Below, piece by piece: positions 36,153 through 46,549 of a stretch of DNA of 64,000 bases. The position numbers and the translations under genes are program-made. This stretch comes from Eukaryota sp. TZLM1-RC (taxonomy: Eukaryota > Protista > Metamonada: BaSk clade): positions 1,302,001 through 1,366,000 of the forward strand of contig JAUPSS010000002.1 in NCBI GenBank assembly GCA_040285825.1, written 5' to 3'. Position 1 is the stretch's first letter; the number at the start of each line of letters is the position of its first letter. The notes below the pieces were generated by a model that was given only the letters and a program-made list of their open reading frames with translations, was not told the DNA's origin and did not search any database.

Positions 36153-39100
36153 TGATGCTGTTGTAGACATGATGCGTAACAGGTAAAAGGATAAAGATAA
36201 GTTGTATTAAAATTCACTGGCCCTTATAAAGGCCATCACTAGTGAAGTCTATACTAGACTAACTGTCCACAGTACAACACTACCTTTTCGCTCTCTTGAA
36301 TTTCGTACGAGAGCTACAAGAATTAACTGCAGGGGAATTAGTCTTAGATTTAGAATCGGAATTCATTTTCCGCTTCCTGGTAGTGTGAGGACCAAGGGTA
36401 CTCCAATTTGATTGGTATGCCTCAGTGCTTTTGACGTCAGCAACTGGGACAGACGATGTCTCGCCGCCATACCAAACTGCGGTGCAATAAGGAATTTTAT
36501 TTTTATTCGAGTCTATAAAATAGAAGTGATCTATATTCTTAATAATTACAGATTCTTCCATATCACCATCAGCAGTGTTTTCGTGCCACTCTATATCTTC
36601 CTTAGGGAAGTCAGAAAGGTATTATTTACAATGATTAATACTAGCCGTGGACAATGAACCAGTGACAAGATTCTTGAGTAATAAACATTTATTGGATTTC
36701 ATTTTTCAAAAAGAAAAGGGCCAGCGAAGCAACCATGGAGTTTACCATCAGTCTTTAATCGCAAAACTAAGTCATCTTTATTAAAAAAGTTCCTATGTTT
36801 GGAAACTTCAGGCAGTTGATGAGCTTGCCTGAACTCTGGCTTTTCTTTCTTCTTTGAAATTCTTTTAAGTGTTGCTTCAAGATCTTTAACAAAGGGAATG
36901 TTGACGTTGGCTGATTTTATTAGTTCAAACATATTACTAGGATCAGCTCTAGGGCTGTGGTAGCTACCAAACATTAAATTATAAGGAGAATGACCAGTAA
37001 TTCTACTGTTAGTTGAATTAATTTGAAGTTGTACAATTGGGATATATTCGCTCCAATTGCTGATGTTTTTTTCAATAGTCAACAACATCAATATATTTTC
37101 AATTTGGATTTCAAAAATGCTTTCAATTGTGTGAAACGTAATTGTATTTTTGATGTGCTTCTTCATGATTTTCCTGAACTTTCTGCATATTTTTATTTAT
37201 TTTATGGAAAAAAATCTGACTTAATTTTTGACTCCTTTACCCTTGAATCTTCTTCTGGTGTGAAACAAGGTGATCCTCTTGGCCCTTTGCTGTTTTGTTT
37301 GGCTATTCATAATATTATTAAAATGACACAACAAGATTTCCCTGATTTGCGTATTGTTGCCTATATGGATGACATTTCTATTATTGGTTCTTTTGAAAGC
37401 ATTTCAAGGGTCTCTGAAAACATTGCGGCGAAATACAAAGAAATTGGATTAGCTTTGAACCCATCTAAATGTCTCTTGATTAGTAGAGAAAAACAATCTT
37501 TGATGATTGGTGGAGCTCAGATTCCTTTTATCAATTATGACCAACAAGCTTTTAAGTTTCTTGGATGTTGGCTTGGCAATTTGGATGAAATTTATTCCCA
37601 GTTAAACAATTTATTGGAGAAGTTTGACAAGGATCTTAGTTTTATTGCTGAATGTGACATTGAGAAACACATCAAATTTTTTATTTTAAAAATTTGTTAT
37701 TCTGGAAAATTCACTCATATTTTAAGGTCAACTCCCCCATCGGTATCTCTCAATTTTTGCAGATCTTTTAACAAACTTCGAGTCAAATTTTTTTCTTCTT
37801 TATTAAAAGTAAATGAATCTTTAATTCGAAGTCATGTATTTTGTTCAGCAGATTTGGGTGGAATTGGATTCACCAAATCTTCGATTCTGTGTAAAGCAGC
37901 ATTTTTGGGAGGTGGTAAAAATTTTGTTTTTGAATTTTTCCAAAGGTTCCCTTTTGATGTTCATCTGATCAATGGTGAATCAAATTTTTATTTGAATCAA
38001 TTGCAATTTGAATTAGATAATTGGCCTAGTGATATCTGGATTCAGTGTTTTCCTCAAAATGTTCAAGAAATTCCCACCCGATCACTTCCAAATTTACGTT
38101 TTTGCTTGAATAAGCTTCAGCACCATCTGGTTAAATTATATGAAGGCTTGGATTATGAAGTAAGACTTGGCTTGGCCAAAACTAAAAATCCCGCTTTCGG
38201 TAATTTTTTAAAGGATATTCGTGATAGTTCAGCTGCTGCTTTAGTAACTCAAGTTCCCTCTGTTTATGGACTTTTGTTAAAAGACAATGAATGGCTTCTA
38301 AACATGCGTTTTCGTTGTTTTCTGTGGCCAAACAATTTGCCCAATCATTTAACTTGTAAATGTGGTAAACCTCTTTTGTTTACTCATCTTTTGAACTGTA
38401 AACATTTCATTACGTTTAGAAGCAAAGTGCATAATAACGTCAGGGACCAAATTTATGTAATGTGCAAATCATATCGAGTAGATTCCTTTTTAGAACCGCT
38501 GTTATCAAAATTAATTCTTGATGATCCCAATATTGATAGTACGCGTTACAACAGAGCTTCTATGGGTCTGACTAGAGGTGATCTAGTTGTTCCTGGTTTA
38601 AATGGTAGTTTTACTATTTTGGACGCCATGTCTATTGACCCTTGTAATTCCTCTAACGAACATTTCATTAACTCGGATGTAAATAATCCTCTTCTTGCAG
38701 GCGAAAAATATAAAATTGCTAAATATGCGAAACCCATTTCCTCGGTTAATGAAAATTCTCATGCCCAATATAATTTATGTCCATTTGTTTTTTCTTTGCT
38801 TGGATCTCTAGGTAAGGCTGCTATGGCTTTCCTTGAGGATTTTGTTGTAGTTGTAAAGGAAAGAACTGGAAGAATTTTCAATCGTGTTTACTGGCAAAAC
38901 AGGATTGTATTTTCTATTTTTAAGGGAATGGTAACACTAATTTCTGATTCACTATCTTCTTTTGGGAAATTTTCTGAATCTTTAGCGATTAATTGTGTTG
39001 ATGTAGGGGAGGCAGGTTTTGAGGATGTGGAGTTTTAATTGTGTATTTCATATTTGTTGTTGAATAAAAATAAATAAGGAAAAAAAATTGCTGTAGTCAC

Positions 39101-41639
39101 CATCCTCCACCAAAACTTTTTTTAGACTTTGTAAAATGTCTCTGTAACGTTTTTCTACTAACCCATTGCTGTGTGAAAAGCCATTTAGTGAACGACTTAC
39201 TTCAATATTAATAAATCGCATAACTCTTTGAAAATGGCATTTGGGAATTCAATACCATTGTCACTATGAATTAACAGTGGGATACTGAAAATTGATACTC
39301 CACTCCATAGGAGGTGATTGGTTGCCTCCGCTGCATTCAATTCCTTTGCAGGGCAAATGATCGTATACCTAACTTTTGTTGAACGAATCAACAAAAACTA
39401 TTAAATATTTGAATCCATTATCATCTTGTTGTAATGGTCCAATAGTGTCTGCGTTTAATCGTGCAAAAAAGGATGAGCCCAAAAAGAGCCAGATGATGTA
39501 ATGACGTTTTTAGGCACATGTGCCGTCTTTTGACATGCTGGACATCTCTTAATGTGATTGATCATGTCTTTGCGCATGTTTCGCCAAAAGTAATCACTAT
39601 CGAGTAATTTCTTTACGCTGGTCGTCACACTAGGATGGCCAACATTTGCATGTCCATGAATGATAGTTAAAGTCTGCTTCTTTAAACTATCTCAGATAAC
39701 AATCTTCCCACGATTGTTGGTATACAATTGAATATCTGAATTATTTTTGTGAACTTTATAATAATCAGGGTTTGAGTCAACATCTATAAGTTGTTCTTGC
39801 CTGATCTTTAAGAGCCAAGTGTCAAATAAATCAAATTTAGTGTCCTCAACTGTTTCTTATAATGCAGATAAGTTATTGATCGTGGGTAGCTCAATTGTGG
39901 ACTGTTGAGTCATATCATCCCTCAAGAAATTAACCCTAGTTAATAAATTCAAATAAAGTAATTGTTCTTCAACTTTGTGAGATGCCAAATTTCTCACTTG
40001 TTGGACCTGAGGAATTTTGGGTTTGGTATTGACCAATCTAGACAACATGTCTGCCCAATAATTCTCATCGCCTGCGGTGTGGACTACATCAAAATTGAAT
40101 TCTGACAATATTGGTAGCCATTTCTTCACAATTCTGTTTTTTTCAGGAGCTGATATGATGTATGCGAAGTTTTTATGATCAGTGAATATTGTTAATTTCC
40201 TTGAAATTAAATAATTGTCTAAACTACTGTCAGTGAGAATAAGTAAAATTGCATACAACTCTTTCTGAAGTACAGACCAATCCTTCTGTGAAGCTGATAA
40301 TAATCTGCTAAAGAAGGTAATAGGTACAACCTTTCTCTTAATTGGCGGTGTCGTAGGATCTTTAGGTGGGTTAGCTTCTTGCCGTATTACTTCACCTACA
40401 GCCACATCAGACACGTCAGCACTTATCAAAATATGCTTGTACTGCGAAGGCAATTCAAGAGGGATGTTTGCTTTAATAAGATTTATAATCACCAAAGTCC
40501 TCGTCATGATCAGAGGTCCACTCGATCTTTGACGGTTTGTTTCTAGTCAGTTTGTTAATTGGTTCTATCAAATCAGACAAATTAAGCAACCAGTCACTTA
40601 TATAGTTTATCGAACCTATAAAACTCCTAACTTCAGGTGATGTCCTGAATTTGGGTAGGTTAATCAGTACCTCAATCCTAGATTCATTTCTATGAGAGGT
40701 TTTGTTTACAAAAGTACTACCTAGAATTTTTTTCCGTGTTTGCAAGTGGTAAGCTGCACTTGGGTAGGCCCAGGTTAACTCTAAAACTTTTGGCGCGTTC
40801 TAGGAATTCTTGATAGAAATTCATCCAAGGTTGAAGCTACTATACTATAAAAATAGCCAACGTTTTTTCAGAAACTCATCCCTATCGTTTATACAAGATG
40901 AATCTGTAAAAAGATTGGATTCATTTTCGATAGCGGTCACGAACTCTTCATCGCATCAATCTCTGATATCATCAGGTGGGCTAACTATGATGGATTGGAA
41001 GAAATATCTAACCGTGTGGGCGACTCTCTTCTGCAGTTCTGGGCGGTACCACTCTTGAGAAGTGCGGTATTCCGTGTCTGTCCAATGAATGTTAGAAGGG
41101 TCAGTGGGGGGTTTACCACCATTCTTATCTCCAGTCCCACCGTTAAAGTTAGATGTTCCAGTCTGAGTGGAGGTAACTGTAGTAGAAGACGAGTCTTCTT
41201 GAGCTTCTTCAGACTGAGAGGGAGGAGGATTCGTGTCAGAAGTGTCCTCTCCATCTCCTTTAATTATTTTAGAAGGAAGCTTTGGGTTTCTCACACCAAA
41301 AGGTAACTTCATCCATTTTGGGAAAATGTTATTTGAATCATAGGTGTAGTCGCCTATGTTATTCTCCGTAGGAGGAGAATTCTCCACAAGTAAAGTGCTA
41401 CTCTCCTCAGGGGAAGGATTATTCTTCCGCGAGGAAGGACTCTCTTTGAGTGGAGGATTACTCTCCTTTTCAGAAGGACTGTTCACATCATGGCCGTGTA
41501 AGCCATTAACTAATGATGCTGTTATAGACATGCTGCGTAACAGGTAAAAGATAAAAATAAGTTTTATCAAAATTCACTGGCCCTTATAAAGGTTATCACT
41601 AGTGAAGTCTATATTAGACTAATTGTCCACAATACAACA
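36153..41639 (-). mobile_element. Ty3/gypsy chromodomain LTR retrotransposon, internally deleted, interrupted by a CRE element
   Basis: LTRs 36153-36279 and 41514-41639 (TGTTG..CATCA on the minus strand), TSD TGAC both sides, PPT AAGAGAGCGAAAAGGTAG; gag N-terminus, RT thumb, RNase H (ADVSDVAVG, QKELYA, ADMLSR), integrase (IHSDNG), chromo-like C-terminus. Confidence 0.93.
37063..39085 (+). mobile_element. Young 5'-truncated CRE-like family C insertion with uninterrupted RT-REL ORF
   Basis: Open to the stop at 39038; A-rich tail; TSD AATTGCTG at 37055-37062 and 39086-39093; removal restores integrase GDYSNWSEYIP. Confidence 0.95.
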
Positions 41640-41839
41640 TGACAGCAAAATCTAGTCATAGTTGGCATATGCCACATAATGAACTACTACCAGTTTGTGA
41701 AACTTGCGAGTGTCGCGTTTATTGTAATTTGGATGTTAACGGAGCTCTGAACATGTTTAGGATTACCCACTCTCATATACATTATAATTGTAGACCAATG
41801 GTACTGCAACGGTTAGTGAGTGTGGATAAGAATGATTAG
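41640..41839 (+). pseudogene. Fanzor1-type fragment (Zn finger + RuvC-III), continuation of 35840-36152
   Basis: HNELLPVCETCECRVYCNLDVNGALNMFRI..RPMVLQR. Confidence 0.8.
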
Positions 41840-41981
41840 ATGAAATTATAATTTATTAGCATGGATAGAAACATGCCTTTTTTGAGTTACCAACGATTTA
41901 AATACAAGATACAATAAACAACCTATTCCAAACAATGAAAGTTAGTGGTGTCCAAAACAATTATATTAAAAAATAAAGGAA

Positions 41982-42761
41982 TTACCGCCTTCTATCAAAA
42001 TCGCGTCGACGGTCAAAATCATCTCGTCTACGATCAAAATCATCCCGTCTACGGTGACGTGGCCTTCTGAAATCATCATCTCTTCTCTGTCCTTCTCTCC
42101 TGTACCTATGCTCTCTTCTTCCCCTATGCTCTGGTTCTGGTCTCCTTTCAACTATTCTCGCAGTCCTTCCAGGTCCCCTTCCTCCACCAAGACGTCGTGG
42201 TAACCAATTAGGATCAGTTCTTCCACGTTCATAATCAAGAACAATTTTTCTATTTCTTATGGAAATTCCCTGCAGCTTAACCATTGCTTCTCTAAGATCT
42301 GCCTCCTCCTTGAACTCAACAAAGGCATAGCCACAGGGTTTGCCGTCACTTTTGGTGGGTATAGCAACTGATCGAACTGGACCAAACCTCTCAAACTGAG
42401 CACGTAGGTCAGCTTCAGTCGCTGAATAGTCAAGGCGACCTACAAAAGCAGTGTTGAATGGATGAGAAACAATTTTAGGGTCCCGTTTAGGATCGTAATT
42501 ACGGACGGCTTGTTGGAGTGCTCTTGCCTGGGCTATTTTAGCTTGTTCTTTTTCACGTTCCTTTTCACGAGCAATAGCCAATGGATCAGGATTGACTCCT
42601 GGTTTTTCAGATGTAGGGGTTTCTTTCTCAAATAAATGTAACAGTTCATGTGAAGAAGAAACATGTGGAGTTGGTGATTCAATATCAAGTGGAATATGTT
42701 TTAAAGGAGGTCTAGGTTGGAATAAGGTTACAAGAGGAACGGGAAGAACCGAGGACGCCAT
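41982..42761 (-). CDS. SNRNP70: U1 snRNP 70 kDa protein
   Basis: LFQPRPPL, YDPKRDPKI..PFNTAFVGRL, GYAFVEF RNP1, DYERGRT..WLPRRLGGG, RD-rich tail; ATG at 42761. Confidence 0.96.
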   Translation of the reverse strand: MASSVLPVPLVTLFQPRPPLKHIPLDIESPTPHVSSSHELLHLFEKETPTSEKPGVNPDPLAIAREKEREKEQAKIAQARALQQAVRNYDPKRDPKIVSHPFNTAFVGRLDYSATEADLRAQFERFGPVRSVAIPTKSDGKPCGYAFVEFKEEADLREAMVKLQGISIRNRKIVLDYERGRTDPNWLPRRLGGGRGPGRTARIVERRPEPEHRGRREHRYRREGQRRDDDFRRPRHRRRDDFDRRRDDFDRRRDFDRRR

Positions 42762-42989
42762 TCTTACAGATATTGTCTGCAACAAAAGAATAAGGTCCTT
42801 TACCCTAATTTTGATTCATTTTTGTCTTATTGGAAAGAACCATTTTATTAAACTACATTTCTAAACAAAAGTCTCAAACCTTCTCCTTTGTTAGGTTCTT
42901 TGAATTTCTTGTGTTTTTGTGGTGTCAAGTCTCTCATGTCTATAAGTACTTGGTCAGGATCACAGACTGCTGATCTTTAGAGCTCAATT

Positions 42990-43445
42990 ATGGATGATGA
43001 GTTTCTTTGACAATGATGATTTCATGTGGTAGTTCACCCCTTACTACACTGATAGTTCTTTGCATACTTTTATACAATTTATTGCCGTTTAGATCGTTGT
43101 GTTGTTGAACTTCTGATTGGATTGGTCAACTATTTGATGAGTGTCATTATTAAACGCAAGTTATCCGTTTCTCGTTTGGTTGATGAGGACACCTTGAATT
43201 CTTTTGGTCGTAACAGAGGTGATTCAATGCTTGAAGGACTTGATGGGACCACTATCATTACTGATAATAATTCAAAAAATAGTTCATTCATACCATTAGC
43301 TCAGTCAAAACACAAGAATCCGCTCTCTGTTGTTGAAAATTGTAAAATCGATAAATGTAAGTTTTTTCCTTGATTGCTGAATCTCACACTCATTGTGTCC
43401 TTTGTCCATTTGCTTTTTCATTACATGGTACGCTTGAACCAACAT
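42990..43445 (+). mobile_element. Degenerate REL-domain fragment of CRE-like family E
   Basis: SRLVDEDTLNSFGRNRGD..LEGLDG matches 63780-63990. Confidence 0.8.
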
Positions 43446-43579
43446 CATACTCACAGCTGATGAACTAAAACTTCTTCTATAGCAGATTGTAGATCTTGAC
43501 GTGCAGTTACATCATCTTAGATCTAATCTGCTAGCGTTATTTTATTCATAATTTTATTCATAATTTTCTTTTAAATTTT

Positions 43580-44670
43580 TGTTGTTGTTACTGATTATCT
43601 AACTTGCTAGACAGATGAAGAATTTACATGATGACGTGGCACTTGTTCAAAAACAAGTATTTCTATTAATAAACCTCTTTTTCTCTCTTTACTTCTTTGG
43701 TATTTCTGCCTAACGGCATCAATAATTATTGGCCCTCATTGCAGATGAAATCTACACACGTACTACATCCGTCCCTTGCTTCTATGGAAGTGGATGATGT
43801 TCTGTTGTTCCTACAACAGTGGAAGGTGTACTCTTCTGTTACACCGAAAAAGGACCTTGTTCCAGCAAGGCTCCTCGTTGACCCCTTCTTGTTAGAATCA
43901 TTGGTTCTCACAAGACCTGGGGTCGATTCATCCGATGAGGTGTTTCTGGATCATTTAAGATCCTCCACCTCGTTTTCCTCGTACGAGGAATTCAACTTGG
44001 TGATGTCTGAGTTGAAGGTTGATGTCCGTAAGGGCGACGTCCGTGAACGTATTTCCTGCTACCTGAGACGTTTTCTTCAGGCGAAAAGCAGGGCTTCCGG
44101 ACTGAAACTGCCTGACTCAGCCTTCATGATCAGATTCGCCAATATATATTCTTCCATTAGGACTGCAGAAATCTCTGATTTCTCGAATTCGGGATGAGGT
44201 ATTCCCCGATTTTCCTACATTGGTAAATACCGCAGAGGATGAACTACTTGATTGCACGCGAGTACCTTCTTGGAACAGGTCTTCAAAGACTGTTTCTGAA
44301 AATACCGACTCTGTGCGTCAAGCTGGTATGAAGTCTCGTTCTTTCCATAGGTCTCGCAATTTGACTGAAGGGACATGTTTCAAATGTCACCAGAAAGGTC
44401 ATCTAGCTCGTGATTGCTCCTCAAAAGTTAAGCACGAAGTCAATCATTTACGCCACGTGCCTCAGTATCTCACAAATCCCCTTTCTTCATTATGCTAAAT
44501 GGTTCACGAAACTGTTGAAAGAAAATGGAAGGAAGTAGTGTTGTTGTTACACTTGCTAGACAGATGAAGAATTTACATGATGACGTGGCACTTGTTCAAA
44601 AACAAGTATTTCTATTAATAAACCTCTTTTTCTCTCTTTACTTCTTTGGTATTTCTGCCTAACGGCATCA
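43580..44670 (+). mobile_element. Gag-only non-autonomous LTR element (1.09 kb)
   Basis: LTRs 43580-43721 and 44539-44670, apparently identical except a 10-bp indel; TG..CA; TSD TTTT; PPT GAAAGAAAATGGAAGGAAGTAG; gag 43745-44498 (broken frame) with CFKCHQKGHLARDC knuckle; no pol. Confidence 0.92.
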
Positions 44671-45204
44671 TTTTTACTTCTTGTTTTTTAGTTTCACTGT
44701 GTGTGTCTAGACCAATAACCGAGTGTTTTTGACAATAAAGAGCTTGATGGGTTTTCTGAGAAACAGCCCCAGAACCGCTAAATCCACTTACTTAAGTTTT
44801 TTGATAATGAATTTCAGAATAAGTCTCTGTGGGAACTGTTTTCAAAAAATAGAAATTGTGAGAAAAATCAAAAAGTAGAAGGAATTTAATGATAGATTAA
44901 TGACTACAAAATTGAATTAACATAGGAGCATTGATGTTTTTTCAAAATTAAAGGGATTATGTCCACTTATTTTACATGCCGAAAATGAAGACACACATAC
45001 GTTTTATTCACCAAAATATATTTTGATAAATACAGATCTTTTCAAATCAACATTGTGACAACTTATCACAGTGCAATTCGATAGTCTCAAGCCCTTAATT
45101 AATCGCAATTGTTTCAGAATTAGTCATAATCCAAGTTTCTCCCAAACTTAAAATAATTAGCAAGACATGTCACCAGACTGTCTATTAAAACATAACCCTT
45201 GAGT

Positions 45205-46278
45205 ATGGAGTATAGTCTACCTTCCACTCCTGTTCTACAGTCCCTGTTTGACTCTGCAAAGTACTCTGACATCAAAGTTTCCTTCCATGGACATACTTTC
45301 TTGCTTCACAGATGCATAGTGTGTAGTTCTTCCAAGTTTTTTTCCTTGAATGACAAACATCAGCTTATTCAGCTGACCTCCACCAGCATTCCTGTTGGAC
45401 CAGACATGTTGAAATCTCTTTTAAAGTATCTCTATGGCTATCCTATAACAATCACACCATCCAACTGCTACTCATTTCTTCGATTAGCAATGTATTTTTT
45501 CATACCGTCACTGAATGAACAATGTCAAGAGTTCCACAACGCCAACAAATCAAACCTTAACTATCTTACTTATTCCTTAGCCTCAGCTTACAAATGGAAA
45601 GCAAAAGGAAGTGAAAACTTACCAGTCTTCCGCGACCACATACGCAACTATCCTTTCAATGGATCAGAGTTGCCCATTGCTTTGGACAAGGGTTGTCTGG
45701 AGTACCTTATAGATAAATCCTCATTCAATCATAATCAAATTCTCTGGCTGCTTCGAAGTATATCAAAATCAGTGGTAGAGATGAGTTTAACTCCCTACGA
45801 CTGGCATGGACTACTGAGAAGGTTAAATTTTGAAGTTGTAGATGTTGATCTTTTGTTCCTCACATTTGAGCCTGTAATTGCTCGACCAGAATTTATTGAT
45901 ACTTTTTGTAATTTCTCGCTTCATTATCTGAAAAAACGACTTGCTGGTAATCAACGAATTAATTTACAATGGTTTGAGCTTGTTTTTAACGAATGTTCTG
46001 CTATTAAGAACCCTTTGTTTCCTCAGTTTTTTAGTTTGTTGGATTATTTAGGGTTGGAAAGTCTGTTACACTTGCAATTTAAAGATGAGTCATTGTTGGA
46101 AAAAGTAACGCCTATAATAGAGAAAAAGAAAATAGAAAAACAAAAACAATTAGAAGGAGAAGCAAAGGAAGAACAGTTTGATTGTCATAGGAAGTCTTCG
46201 CTTAAACAGTCGATTTTTGAGCCAATGGTCAAGGAAAGTCATGCCTCCGAAGATGAACTTTTGGACTTGAATGGTTAA
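45205..46278 (+). CDS. BTB/POZ domain protein
   Basis: KYSDIKV..FLLHRCIVCSSSKFF, LLKYLYG, LAMYFFIPSLNEQC. Confidence 0.9.
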   Translation: MEYSLPSTPVLQSLFDSAKYSDIKVSFHGHTFLLHRCIVCSSSKFFSLNDKHQLIQLTSTSIPVGPDMLKSLLKYLYGYPITITPSNCYSFLRLAMYFFIPSLNEQCQEFHNANKSNLNYLTYSLASAYKWKAKGSENLPVFRDHIRNYPFNGSELPIALDKGCLEYLIDKSSFNHNQILWLLRSISKSVVEMSLTPYDWHGLLRRLNFEVVDVDLLFLTFEPVIARPEFIDTFCNFSLHYLKKRLAGNQRINLQWFELVFNECSAIKNPLFPQFFSLLDYLGLESLLHLQFKDESLLEKVTPIIEKKKIEKQKQLEGEAKEEQFDCHRKSSLKQSIFEPMVKESHASEDELLDLNG

Positions 46279-46549
46279 GGAGTTAGTTTGTACCTTCAGT
46301 TTTATTTTGAATCTTTGGCCACAGTAATGTTTTTCTCTTGTATGTAAATTTTGATTATTTCTTTCGTTGTAATATTTTGTCTAGTAATGATGAATCAAAT
46401 GTTGATTAATTTGGTTAGAGATATCGATACAACTTTGTTATTTAGTTACTTTCCACGTAAAAAGAGTTAATGTTATTGTTATGTAAATGTAACCAAGAGA
46501 AATCTATATTGTTTATATTAAAAAGGAAAAAAAACAGACAAAAAGACAA

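Noticed and set aside
36699-37166. Overlapping ORFs 36699-37166 (-) and the N-terminus of 37023-39038 (+) as fusion genes
   Set aside because: Both simply read across the CRE/integrase insertion junction at 37055-37063
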